This document shows positions 25,357 to 39,001 of a DNA stretch of 64,000 nucleotides, one piece after another (the first letter of the stretch is position 1; the number at the start of each line of letters is the position of its first letter). The stretch lies in contig CM022669.1 in assembly GCA_012295275.1 (NCBI GenBank), positions 6,634,001 to 6,698,000 of the forward strand, written 5' to 3'. The position numbers were made by a program, and so were the translations under genes. The notes under the pieces were generated by a model. It saw only the letters and a program-made list of their open reading frames with translations. It ran no database searches and had not been told where the DNA came from. The DNA is from Chrysomallon squamiferum (Eukaryota > Animalia > Mollusca).

Positions 25357-27172
25357 CTGACATAGCTACATCCGTGTACTGTAGTGATATTAGGTCATGT
25401 TGATATCCGAGCAGTAGGATGTAACAGAAAAATAGTTCAGAGAGGAAAGAAGAAGAAGAAAAAGAAAATATAAAATAAAAATAAAGGAGAGAGAAAAAGA
25501 AGACGAAGACAAAGAAACACACGCACACACACACACAAAAATAATACTAATAAAATAAAATAAAAAATAAAAAAAATAAAAAATAAAATAAAAATAAATA
25601 AATAAAGAATGAAAATATTTTTCTCACTAGAATTATTTTTATTATAATCGTCATCATTATTGTTGCTATTCTTAATGGAGGTGGTGCTGGAGTTGTTATT
25701 TTTGTTACTCTTCTTCTTGTAATTTATTGCAGGTTTTAGTAAATCCTGACCACCTTTTTGTTAGATTAATATTCGCTGACGATGCATGAATCGCTGAATG
25801 AATAAATAAACAGATGAGTACAAATACAGTAAGTTCCTTATAGACATTTACTGATTCCAAACGGAAATGAGTGAAATTGTATTTTTTTTAGCACAGAAGA
25901 CAATCTATGTTTATATGAATCTTACTTACGTTTAACGTACAATTCTTATAATATGAACGAAATATTGCTGCTGCCGTTAAACAGGCTATTCTCTATCAAT
26001 AAATGACATTGAATATTTCATATGCACTTTTCCATAGATTCAAAAAATAAAAAAAAATAAAAAAAAATAAATAAACAAGTAAATAAATAAATAAATAAAT
26101 ACCTGAAAACTTATATAAATTACGGAAATTTTTATGTTATAAATCAAAAAGGAAAATTTGAAAAAAATATAAGCACGTTTTAGAAAGTTAAACGGACGAC
26201 AGAAATATTTCGTAATCTAGTTCACAGGTCATGGTGTCTTTTTCTTAATTAACTAATCATAATTATGTTTATTTTAATATATTTTCACTTTCCTGAAAGA
26301 TAATTATGTATGTTTCGGGCGGCATAATAAAGAAAAACAAAGAGACATAATAAATCATTAAAGCATCTTAAGACAACGAGAACAATATTTTATTAAGACT
26401 AATGAATTTAGAAATACTTGTTGACACACACTCTTTTTCCCAGAATACTGGATCACACGCCTACCTTTCTTAATACAGTTAATCCGCTTATTTCGCCGTT
26501 TTATTACAACTTCACTCATCATATACCACAGCAAGTGTCTTCTTTCAGCGTAACCACGATTTTAACATTTAGACTTTAAATTTGGTGTTATGAATGTTGT
26601 GAAAAAAGCATATTGATAAATGTTTATTATTCTCTATAATGGTATTCGATAATTCGAAATGTTGTAGTGGTTTTGAGGTCTGTCTTTCAGTTTACTGTTT
26701 TATGGAATGTGTATTTGATTCGGAGTTTGTGATGCTTAAATAAGATGCTCAACTGCAAAAATATAAGAAAGCACATACACTCACACACGCGCACAAACTC
26801 ATAAATATTTTCAACAATTAAAAAAAAAGAAAAAGAAATAAATAAATATATAAAATAAAATATGAAAAAGTAAAATATAATTTTGATAAGATGGTCCTCT
26901 AAAGTCAAATAAGAACAACAAAAACAACAATCAGAAACACCATCAATGTAATTAAGGTCGCATTATTAAAGGAAACAACAACAATAGCAACAAGAAGGAA
27001 AAGCATCCAGAGATTCCAATTGAAGAGAGTCGACTGTAGAAGTTAACTCGTTTTGTTCTTATGTAACATTTATCACTGTTTTATTTTATTTATTTACTTA
27101 TGCATTTTATTTATCTTTTTCTCCCTATCTGCACTATAAAAAGAGAAGATTTGCTTAACAAGGGAAACAAAC

Positions 27173-28877
27173 ATGATTTGTTTAGCATTTCTTCTCCTAC
27201 TTCTTCCTTCAGTTCTCGGAGGTAAGTATATTTACATATTTTATTTTCTATTTTTGTTTAATATTATCTGCAGTTTTTTAATGTAGGTATATATATGTAT
27301 GTATGTATGTGCGTGTGTCTGAATGTATGTATGAATGAATTATATATGTGTGTATGTATGTACACATGTATGTGTATGTATGTAGGTATGTATGTGTGCA
27401 TCTCTTCACGTATGTATGTCTGTATGTATTTATGTATGGAATGTAAGTATATATTTAGTTATCTTATACTATTTTTTTTTCAGATGAAAGTTTCTAATCA
27501 TTCAAATTAAAATGACAATTTTCTAATAATTCATTTTCAACGCAGTCTTCTTGTAAAATTTCTTTTCATTTCTTTTTCTTTCAGGCATTTCTCAACAATG
27601 TCTCAATTGTATATGTCGGGTACGTATTTATCTCTTCAAATAAATAAATAAAATAGCGGATACAACACTACATTTAAATTTATAAAAAAATTTCAATAAT
27701 TTCTTTTGGGGTAAATTTATCAGTAAATTTCAGTTTTTATTTGCTATTCTAGCAAGAGTCTGGTGGATGCCGGCCGCTTGACTGTAGAATGGACGGGGGT
27801 TCGCTGTCTTGTGGCTATTTCCAAATTAAAAAGAATTACTGGATAGACTGCGGGAGACCAGGAAGAGGTTAGTCTGAAATATTTGTCAATAAGTCTTAAA
27901 GTTGTAAATTATAAAATATTACTGTTGCTAAGTCCTATTTCTTTCTCTGAAAATATATATATTTTTTTATGAGATAGGCCTCTAAGTTTGAACCAGTCAA
28001 AAGTAAGTTTCGTTCGAGTCAGAAACAATTGTCACTGCACAAAAAGCATTGGTACCTATTTATAAGTGTTAAGTGACGCTGTTTTTGATTGCTTCAGAAT
28101 GTAAGTTAATGGCTGCGAGATACACACTGTTCAAAATCAAAGCGCAGTGAAAAAACGAGTTTAGCGAGCTCAGTAACTAAGGAATTGCAAGTATGGCAAA
28201 TCTTGACTATAAGGCCGGATTAAGATCTTTAGAAACCTTATGAACTTAAAAGATTTATGTGTTTAAGCATGTAATTTTTTCCCCTATTTATGAAATCTGG
28301 TTCATTTTGCATTATTTTTGCAACATAGCACAGTGGCGCAGTTTCAGTACTTTCCGTAGATATGCCTTGCTTATCGTTACTGTCATATGTGACTTTTGGT
28401 GAACATATAGTTTAGCTATATGTCATCGTTCTATATCTGTACGGAAAACAATAACACTAATAATAATAAAAACAACAGCAATAATAATAATAATAATAGC
28501 GTAACTAAGTAAATAAATATCTAAAAAGAAATAGATACATGTATATGAAAAATAACTATACAAAGACTGAAAGGAAGATGATTACTATTAGATATTGAAA
28601 AACTATTTCTGGTCGCTTGAACGGTGAATCAGTTCTGTTATCATCCATGTTACAAATTCCTGCAGGTTGGAAAAGCTGTTCTAAGAACAAAAGATGCGCT
28701 GAGAATTGTGTTCGAAGGTACATGAGGAGGTATGGACGACGTTGTACTGGTGGGAGTACACCAACGTGTGAAGATTACGCTAGAATTCACAACGGAGGAC
28801 CACGAGGATGCAAGAAATCGTCCACACTTCGTTACTGGAGAGCGATACAGCGTCAAGGTTGTACCACAAACTCCTAA
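27173..28877 (+). CDS. i-type lysozyme, copy 3, highly cationic (136 aa)
   Basis: Exons 27173-27221, 27585-27619, 27753-27867 and 28666-28877. ...YWIDCGRPGRGWKSCSKNKRCAENCVRRYMRRYGRRC...; in frame. Confidence 0.95.
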
Positions 28878-29325
28878 CAGAAACAACAACAATAACAACA
28901 GATACAGAAAAAAAATATATATGTAACTGTGTCTTTATTGTTGTTTTTCTCCCAGTAACGATATGCTTATTGATATGCTTAACGATATGCTTATTAAAGA
29001 ATAAATAATTGAAATCGTGTTTTAATTTTTATTATTTAATTATTTTTGTTTTTTAAATATGTTCTTTGATCTGAATTAATGTAAAAATGTTTTCCGCTCT
29101 TTAAGACTTTACTTGTCAGATGCGAAACTTGCAAATGAAATGAAACTTTACAAAGACAAGTTTACTAAGACTGGCTTACTACTCTGGGGTTGGAGGTGAG
29201 AGGTGTGGTAAAAATATTTCTTTGAAGTATTGTGAAAATAATAATAATAATAATAATCATAAAAAAAAAAATGAAACGATCCAGATAAACTTCAAAAAAA
29301 CAGAAAGGGAGGTCATTAAAGTGAC

Positions 29326-29516
29326 GGGACTTTCCTACTTGTTTTGAAAGTTTAGTTTATCTTTTAATTATCTGAACATAAGAATTTCAATCAAACCGCC
29401 GTTAACCATGTCACAAAATAATGAATGTCGCAAACAGCATCTAATGTATCATGTCACGTGCTCTGAATGTCGGTTTAGCAGACAGCAGAATGGCCAGAGC
29501 TGAAGACGTGACGTCA
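29326..29516 (+). promoter_or_regulatory. Consensus NF-kB site plus CRE palindrome in lysozyme spacer 3-4
   Basis: GGGACTTTCC at 29326-29335 and TGACGTCA at 29509-29516. Confidence 0.45.
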
Positions 29517-31232
29517 CTGACATAGCTACATCCGTGTACTGTAGTGATATTAGGTCATGTTGATATCCGAGCAGTAGGATGTAACATAAAAATAGTTCAG
29601 AGAGGAAAGAAGAAGAAGAAAAAGAAAAAGAAAATATAAAATAAAATTTTTAAAAATATAAAAAATAATTATAAAAACAATAAAAACTGAAAGAAAATAA
29701 AAATAAGTAAATAAAGAACGAAAATCTTTTTCTCACTAGAATTATTTTTATTATAATCGTCATCATTATTGTTGTTATTGTTAAAGGAGTTTGTGCAGGA
29801 GTTTTTGTTAGATTAATATTCGCTGACGATGCATGAATAGCTGAATGAATAAATAAACAGATGAATACAAATACAGTAAGTTCCTTATAGACATTTACTG
29901 ATTCCAAACGGAAATGAGTGAAATTGTATTTGTTTTAGCACAGAAGACAATCTATGTTTATATGAATCTTGCTTACGTTTAACGTACAATTCTTATAATA
30001 TGAACGAAATATTGCTGCTGCCGTTAAACAGGCTCCTCTCTATCAACAAATGACATTGAATATTTCATATGCACTTTTCCGTAGATTCAAATAAAAAAAT
30101 AAAATAAAATAAAATAAAATAAAACTACATTGTCAGGTACTGACTAGAAGTGTACCTAGTTTTATGAATTACCCCCTGAGATTCGATCCTGTCGACATTC
30201 ACGTCTCAGTTGTGTTCTACCATTTCTGAGTCACATCCCGCGCTCGTTAAACTGAAAAACATTTCATCCCAAGCGAGGCGCTGTATCTTGATGAGGGCGG
30301 ATCTATTATGAAACCAATGAAGCTTAAGCTTCAGGTCCTGTACTACTGTAGGGACAAGAGACTTTAGTCGATATTGCTTCACAAATTTAATCCAAACCTG
30401 AAATACCGTAGTCAAATGTAAAAAAAAATTAAAAAATAAATAAAAAAACAAAACAAAAAAATTAAAAATTAAAAAAAATTAAAAATTAAAAAAAGCAAGA
30501 AAAAATATGTTTCAAAGTCAATCCGACAGTGGATCAAGCCCACTGAAGAAGAAAACAGAGATTACCGATGTCTTGTTGCTGCTTGCAAAAGCATCACATA
30601 ACACTTCCAGCTTCAGGGCCCCAAAAATGTAGGTCCGCCATTGATATTGATTCGTTTTCCTACACTACAGTTTACTAATAATTAATATTTTGTGTTATTT
30701 ATATCAGAATTTTTTTTTTGAATATTTAGAGTTGGCGTTCAGAATTTCAATCTCGCTCCGAAGTTCTTTACTAAAATCCTGTTCTAGACAGTGCTCCATG
30801 TTTGATGACATTTATGTTATTTGCAAGTGATGGCATCGACTTGGTTGCATGAAGTTTTTTGTCACCTTCATATTAACATCATGTGTTTGAAATGTGATAA
30901 CTTGTGTAGACGTACAGTGATATGTTTTTTGAGACAGCTCAAATCTACACTGACACGGATAAAAATTGTATACTTAACATGCAACTCGCTGTTGAGATAA
31001 AAGAGAGAGGCGACGACCTTGTGATCGGTGCAGTTATCAAGATTTTTTATTATTATACATTTTTTTGTTGTTGTTTTTATTTTTTGTTTTTTAGCTATGT
31101 TATCGCGAAAATGAGAAAACTGATCTCTCAGTAGTGTTAGGAGACTTGCTGCGTAAGAGTCGAAGTGAAACTAATACGCTGACACGCTTTTGTGTTTTAA
31201 AGACTGATGTTTTGTTAACAAGAGAAACGAAC

Positions 31233-32244
31233 ATGATTTGTTTAGTGTTTCTTCTCTTTCTTCTTCACACGGCTTTTGGCGGTGAGTATGTTTACATATT
31301 TCTGTGTTCATTTAATTCTGCGTTTAGCTGTTATTTCTTCCTTTTTTTGCGTTTCTCTCTTTCTTTTGTCTGCTTAGTTATTTATGAAATGCATGTGTTT
31401 ATTTGTTTGTTTATTGTAAACATTTTTTATTAATAATTTTTAATTTTTTTAATTTTTTAATTTTTTATTAAAATGACAGTTTTCTAATAATTCATTTTCA
31501 ACGCAGTCTTCTTGTAAATGTTCTTTTCATTTCTTTTTCTTTCAGACATTTCTCAACAGTGCCTCAATTGTATATGCCAGGTACGTACTTATCTCTTCAA
31601 ATATATAAATAAATAAATAAAATAGCGGATACAACACTACATTTCAACTGATAAAATGTTTTCGGAATTTCGTTTTGTTTTTGATGTTTTTTATTTTTTT
31701 GGTTTGTTTACGTCAATTAAATATAGTTTTTATTTACTATTCTAGCAAGAGTCTGGATGCCGGCCGCTTGACTGTAGAGTAGACGGGGGTTCGCTGTCTT
31801 GTGGCTATTTCCAAATCAAATTCAATTACTATATAGCCTGCGGGATGCCAGGGAGAGGTTAGTCGGAAATACTTGTCAATAAGTCTTAAAGTTTATGAAT
31901 ATAAAACACTTTTTAAATTATAACATATTACTGTTGTTAACTGCTGTTTCGTTCTCTGAGAATATATACAGTTTTTTTTTTTATGAAATAGTTCTTAGTT
32001 TTCATTATCATCCATGTTACAATTATTTGCAGGTTGGGAAAGCTGCTCTAAGGACACATTTTGCGCTGGGGTTTGTGTTCGAAGGTACACGAGCAGGTAT
32101 GGACCACGTTGTACTGGAAATCGTACACCAACGTGTGAAGACTACGCTAGAATTCACAACGGAGGACCAGCAGGATGTCGCCATCACTCCACACTTGGTT
32201 ACTGGAGAGCGATACAACGTCGCGGTTGTACCCGAAACTCATAA
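31233..32244 (+). CDS. i-type lysozyme, copy 4, divergent (135 aa)
   Basis: Exons 31233-31281, 31546-31580, 31746-31857 and 32033-32244. MICLVFLLFLLHTAFG-DISQQCLNCICQQESGCRPLDCRVDGGSLSCGYFQIKFNYYIACGMPGRGWESC...IHNGGPAGC. Intron 3 is only 175 nt. Confidence 0.92.
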
Positions 32245-32672
32245 CAGAAACAACAACAATAACAACAGATACAAAAATTGAGAACAAAATATAACATATT
32301 CTTCTTTATTTGTTTTATTTGTTATGTTTTTCTTCTTCTCCAAGTAACCATATGCTTATTTATGCTTGATCTTGCTAAAGAATAAATAATTATAAATGTG
32401 TTTTAATGTTTTATTATTTCATTTATTTATTTTTTTTTTTTTTTTTTTTAAATATCTTCCCTGTTCTGAATTAAAGTAAAAATGTTTCCCGCTCTTCAAG
32501 ACTTTACTTGTCAGATGCAAAACTTGCAAGTGAAATAAAACTTTACAAAGACAAGTTTACTAAGACTGGCGTACTACTCTGGGGTTGGAGGTGAAAGGTG
32601 TGGAATGAATATTTCTTTGAAGTATCGTGAAAATAATACTAATGGAGGTGAGAGGTGTGGTAGGAAATAATC

Positions 32673-32707
<35 letters not shown>

Positions 32708-33234
32708 TGAAACGATCCAGATAAACTAGAAAAACAGAAAGGTCGCCCATTAAAGTGACGGGACTTTGCTACTTGTTTTGAAAGTTTAGTTTATCTTTTA
32801 ATTATCTGAACATAAGAATTTCAATCAAACCGCCGTTAACCATGTTACAAAACAATGAATGTCGCAAACAGCATCTAATTTGTCATGTCACGTGCTCTGT
32901 ATGTCGGCTTAGCAGACAGGAGAATGGCCCGAGCTGAAGACGTGACGTCACTGACATAGCTACATCCGTGTACTGTTGTGATATTAGGTCATGTTGATAT
33001 CCGAGCTGTAGGATGTAACAGAAAAATAGTTCAGAGAGGAAAGAAGAAAACTGCTGAGTTTTAGAGTTGGCGTTAAGAATTTCAATTTCGCTCCGACGTT
33101 CTTTACTAAAATCCTGTTTTGGACTTTACTCCATGTTTGATGTCATTTATATTATTTGCTGTTGGTAGCATCGAATCGTTTGCAGCAGTTTTTCTATTTT
33201 CTTATGAACATCACGTCTTTGTACTGTGATAACT

Positions 33235-34325
33235 TCTAACGTTGTGGAAACTGGGGACCGATATTTCGCCATTTCACCAAAATCTTCATTGCTGTTGATA
33301 GAAAAGATGTTGATGCTTATAGAGGCATTACGGCTCTAGATTACAAAATAGTGTTTGATAGGTTGTCTTCAACAACATCGTTGTGGGAGACACTGATGTT
33401 ACATGGCTCGTGATCGTTCATCTGACCCCAGGGTAAGGGACCAATGAGCCACCCACTGGGGTCCTTTTGGCCAAGATGTGACGCAGTGAAACAAGCATGA
33501 AACAACTACACATGCAATTTTGTTTTTTAATTTCTGTCATAAATTTCATCTGAGATGCACATGCTGTAATCAGCTAAGAGGTGAATTACATTTTCATCAC
33601 ACTGACCTCAGTCTATGACATATTGTGCTGTTGACTCAGACTCCGTGGTTTCGGTGTAGTCTCAAAAGTCCTAAACTAATGCTGAATCTTACTGAACACT
33701 GAACCCATTAAAACTGAATTGTATGACTTCATTCTGTATTTTGGACATCCAAATTGAAATCTGCCTCAACTGAGCTTATTTATTCGTGGACTGACTCAGC
33801 AAATGCACATGACGTAGTGTGTCCGAGAGATTTTCTGAGAAACTGGATTTCACAGTCCCCATTGTCATTTTTTGGTTGTGTGATTACACCGATGTAGTGA
33901 ACAGTGCCGTTCATTAGCTCTTCTGAGAAGAGACCTCAATCTGTCCTCCGTTCGTTCTTTCTAGGCATTCTTTTTTATACCAGACACAGCACTCTTATCC
34001 TGAAGAAAGGTAATACCTGTAATTCATTATCTTTCAAATAACACTGATTTTATAAGCTATATTTTCCTTTGAAATGCAGTGGGAGGCAATGAGCCACCAG
34101 ACCATGGGATCCCAAAGTGGCTGATTCAGCCCAACAGAAAATGGCTCTGTGGTCCCCAGCATCAATTTCATTAGCCCAGTGTACCACAGAGAACCTACAG
34201 GGCTGGTCAACTAAAACTTTATTCAGATGTCAACAGAAATTACTAAGAAAAACACGAATCTTTTCACTATCTATGAAAATGTATTATCACCCTAATATTA
34301 AATTGTAACCAAAACACACACACAA

Positions 34326-34398
<73 letters not shown>

Positions 34399-34535
34399 AA
34401 ATTACTGAACGTAATCAAAAACCTACTTTTTATATGGTGTGTTGATGGACTGCTCCAAATCTCTCTAAACAATATGGGTGAAAGTAATACTGATGCTAGA
34501 TAGATGTCTTTGACATTTTTTGGTCTGCTGGGTCA
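33235..34535 (-). mobile_element. Insertion of about 1.3 kb upstream of lysozyme copy 5 containing a probable DNA-transposon relic
   Basis: Absent from the homologous upstream region of copy 4. Imperfect inverted repeat at 33437-33451 / 34142-34156 (13/15 match). The minus-strand peptide GTVHYIGVITQPKNDNGDCEIQFLRKS...*ISSVE (about 33910-33765) resembles, from recall only, the C-terminal region of pogo/tigger-like transposases. Confidence 0.5.
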
Positions 34536-34638
34536 CAGTGACACGGATACAAATTTTTTACTTAACATGAACCTCGCTGTTGAGATAAAAGAGAGAGGCG
34601 ACGACCTTGTGATCGGTGCAGTTGTCAAGATTTGTTTA

Positions 34639-34671
<33 letters not shown>

Positions 34672-34844
34672 TTATATATATATATTTTTATCAACGCTAT
34701 TGTCAAAATGAGAAAACTGATCTCTCAATAGTGTTGGCAGATTTGCTGCATAAGTGTCGAAATGAAATTAATACGGCTGATAGGCTTTCGTGTCTTGTCT
34801 ATAAAAATGGAAACACTGATACTTTGTTAACAAAAGAAACAAAC

Positions 34845-35655
34845 ATGATTTGTTTAGTATTTCTTCTCCTTCTTCTTTCCACGGCTTTTGGTGGTGAGTA
34901 TATTTACATATTTCTATGTTCATTTAATTCCCTCTGTAGCTGTTATTTCTTCCTTTCTTTGTATTTCTTTCTTACTTTTGTATGTTTTATGTTTATTTAT
35001 TTATGTAAATGTATGTATATGTGCATGCATGCATGTTTTTGTTTGTTTATGTATTGTAAACATTTGTTTTTATTATTTTATTATTAATATTATTATTTTT
35101 TTTTCAGATGAAAGTTTCTAATCATTCAAATTAAAATGACAGTTTTCTAAACATTCATTTTCAACGCAGCCTTCTTGTAAATTTTCTTTTCATTTCTTTT
35201 TCTTTCAGGCATTTCTCAACAATGCCTCGATTGTATATGTCAGGTACGTACTCATCTCTTCAAATAAATAATTAAAAAAATAATAAAAAATAAATATAAC
35301 ACTACATTATAATTTATAAATTCTTGAAGAATTGTTTTCGTAGGTTAATCAGTAAAATTTCATTTTTTATTCATTATTCTGGAGCAAGAGTCTTAGAATG
35401 GACCGGCTGTCTTTGACTAAAAAAGAATGGATGGGGGCTGGTTGTCTGAAATATTTATTTAACCAAATTAAAAGAATTACTGGATAGACTGCGCAGTAAA
35501 AAAAACGGGAGACCAGGAAGAGGTTAGTCTGAAATATTTGTCAATAAGTCTTAAAGTTGTAAATTATAAAATATTCTGTTGTATCTGTCAAAAGTAGTAG
35601 CTGAATTAATACAAAATCATAAAAAAAAAACGCTCTGCGGAAATAAATGAATGAA

Positions 35656-35710
<55 letters not shown>

Positions 35711-36089
35711 GCATTAGTAAATAAATTTATATCTAAAAAGAAATAGATACATGTATATGAAAAATAACTATACAAAGACTGAAAGGAAGACGATCACTGT
35801 TAGATAATGAAAAACTATTTCTGGGCTATTGAACGGTGAATCAGTTCTGTTATTATCCATTTTACAATTATTTGTAGGTTGGAAAAGCTGTTCTAAGAAC
35901 AAAAGCTGCTCTGAGCGTTGTGTTCGAGCGTACATGAGGAGGTATGGACGACGTTGTACTGGTGGGAGTTCACCGACCTGTGAAGATTACGCTAGAATTC
36001 ACAACGGAGGACCACGAGGATGTCGTTATTCGTCCACAGAAGGTTACTGGGAAGCTGTAAAAAGTCATGGCTGCGACGAAGACTCCTAA
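34845..36089 (+). pseudogene. i-type lysozyme, copy 5, with scrambled exon 3 (pseudogene or consensus error)
   Basis: Exons 34845-34893, 35209-35243 and 35878-36089 are intact. Exon 3 (about 35385-35522) has an in-frame TAG at 35394-35396 and multiple indels. Confidence 0.8.
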
Positions 36090-36232
36090 AAAAATAAACT
36101 GGAAGAATAGTTAAGATACTTTGCTTGTAATTTCTTCTTCCTAAAGAATAATAAAAGAAACTTTGTCCTGTGTGTTTTTGTTTTTATTATTTTATTGTTT
36201 TTGCTTGCTTGTTTTAAATATGTGTCTGTATG

Positions 36233-36276
<44 letters not shown>

Positions 36277-36620
36277 TGTCTGTCTGTCTTTATAAATATA
36301 TATATGTATTATTGTTATTATGTCATTAGAAAAAAACATGAAAGACTGAGGATATGGAAACCGTTAAATAATTTCCTGAAGCAATCGTGGGCAGTTTTGA
36401 TGTTGTTTCTTCGTCTCCATTTTGCTCTGTGGTATGACGTCACGATAATAAGAGAAAGCATTTCTCAGCGTTCACTTAATCACACTCTCTTTTTATTCGT
36501 AGCTTACTACAAATTCCTTTAACTTCGGTCTTTATACTGAGCAGTCGAAAATGTGCAACAATAAATCAATAATTATTACACTGATACACACGCTACATAT
36601 TCGAGAGTGAAATTCACTTC

Positions 36621-36810
36621 TTACGAATATCTGCTGCAGCCATGAGATTGGACTGTAGGTGCAACGATGACTACATCAACGTCGTCCATCGTGATAGACT
36701 CTGGCAAAGTCTTCACAAGTCAAAGAACCCACCTTTCACCAGCATATTTCGTTCAGGTAATTTCTCACGTTTCTCAGAACACGATTTGCTGCTGCCACAA
36801 ACTCCCATAT
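36621..36810 (-). pseudogene. Relic lysozyme exon 4 (copy-6 type)
   Basis: Minus-strand fragments CGSSKSCSE / TCEDFARVYHDGRR* / VQSHGCSRYS* with frameshifts, preceded by an ttctag acceptor. Confidence 0.8.
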
Positions 36811-37896
36811 CTAGAATTATTTACAATAAATTTTAAATTTTTTTTACAAATCATTTCATTTATATGAACATTACTGATTAAAACAAATCACACGGTACAA
36901 AGACAAAGACAGGAAATGAGATGAAATACTTTACGTTCGATACAGAGCAACAGATGTGCAGTGATGTTGCACAAATAGTTTTAATTCTTGCTAATCTAAA
37001 CAAAAGAAATTCAGCAAAGTAAGAAGATCACGCTCTGTCTTGTTACAGATCTTTATTAAGTTAGACACAAGGAAAAATTCAGATGGCCAGTTATATGGGT
37101 ATTTATGTATGTACGCATATATCAGTATATGTATGTATGTACCTACGCATGTATCAGTGAATGTATGGATGTATATATATATTTTTATGTATGATAGTTA
37201 TCGTTTTGTTTGTTTGTTGTTGTTTTGGTTTTTTTTTATTTGGTTTTTGTTATTTTTATTATTATTATTGTTGTTGATTTTTTTTTTTTTTTTTTTTTTT
37301 TCAGAAAGAGGGAGTAGTTTTACCTAACAACAATAAACTGATTGACTATATCCTTTACCCAGGTGGGTATTTCATTTTCATACTGTAGCCACGTAATCGT
37401 CAAAGGCTGGGAATACATTTTCACAGAATTATCATTCTAAATGACATTTGAACAGTTCATTCTGACATTCTAGCTATAAATCCTCACAAACTCATAGCTT
37501 TTCTCTATGTGTGTATATATATATATATATAATATTTTAATTAAAGCTAAAACTAAATTAAATATATTTTATCAGAGGTTTACTTGCTGATTAAAGTTCA
37601 GTACGTTTTGGGTATCATTAGCAGTTCTGAATACATGTAGAACTGTGTTGCTACAAGAAATAAAATAAAGTGATATGATATTATTCAAGATACATTAACA
37701 TTATTATTTTGTTAGCGCATTCACATGTAGATGTGTCATACTCACCATGATTAACAATGATAATTTAACAAATATTTTTTTCTTCTTCTTCTTCTTCTTT
37801 ATTTTTTTCCCTATTTGATTGGCATAATTCTATTTATTTATAAATAATATTATCTGACAAGAAAGCCACGAAAGACAGGAAATAGGATTTTGCAAT

Positions 37897-38032
<136 letters not shown>

Positions 38033-38382
38033 TTTTTTTTATTGTTATTGTTTTTTAACTTTGTTTTTGACCCTCTGTACTTCTTCATTTGTACGTCATA
38101 ATAACAAGAATAACTAAAGACAGTGTCCACTAACCAATCGCTTCTTACGTCTTGGCGAAACATATTTTACACACATTAAAAACACCGAAATACACACAAA
38201 CAGACTGAAAAGAACTCATTAACAAACACACGCTCAAATAACGACAAAGAGTTTGGAATTATTTTCAGTAACCTTAACCTTGGTTTCTATCTGTACTGAA
38301 TGGGCGAAAACTACACAACAAGAGAACCAGTTCGACAATATTTATTATACAGACTGTTTTTATTTTATCTCAAAGTGGACAC

Positions 38383-38918
38383 TTATGAATATCTGCTGCA
38401 GCCGTGAGACTCGACGTGGTGCCAGTAGCCGATTGTGTTGCTGTTACGACATCCATGTGGTCCACCGTTATGGATTCTGGCAAAGTCTTCACAAGTTGGT
38501 GTGACGCCGTGAGTGCAGTATCGTCCATATTTGTTCATGTAGTTTCTCACACAAGTCTCAGAACAAGACTTGCTCCTGCCACAAGCTTCCAGGCCTAGAA
38601 TGTGTTTAAGAAGAAGAAGAAGAAGAAGAAGAAGAAAAATCAGTTCCTGAACGATGACAGAAAAAATACATGCACAAAGAAAACCCAGCCGAAACGTCAG
38701 TGTTTCCAAGCAAAAGAAACTAAACAAATACAAGAATATAAACGCATACCTACCAGTTTAAGCGAACACGCAAACACACAAAGACATTGTCACGTATATG
38801 CTGCATGCAGTGACGAGCAAATAACTAATCCACACATAAACAGGCTGTCACTCAGTCCAGAGGTGTATACGCACATAAATCAGTCCACAAATGGATATCC
38901 TTACAAACACAAACACAA

Positions 38919-38959
<41 letters not shown>

Positions 38960-38960
38960 A

Positions 38961-39001
<41 letters not shown>

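Larger units (their letters stand above)
18000..30100. repeat. Three tandem segmental units of about 3.7-4.3 kb, each carrying one lysozyme gene
   Basis: Upstream, intronic and downstream blocks recur at about 18060/21780/26100 (ctgaaaacttatataaattac) and about 21000/25290/29450. Confidence 0.9.
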
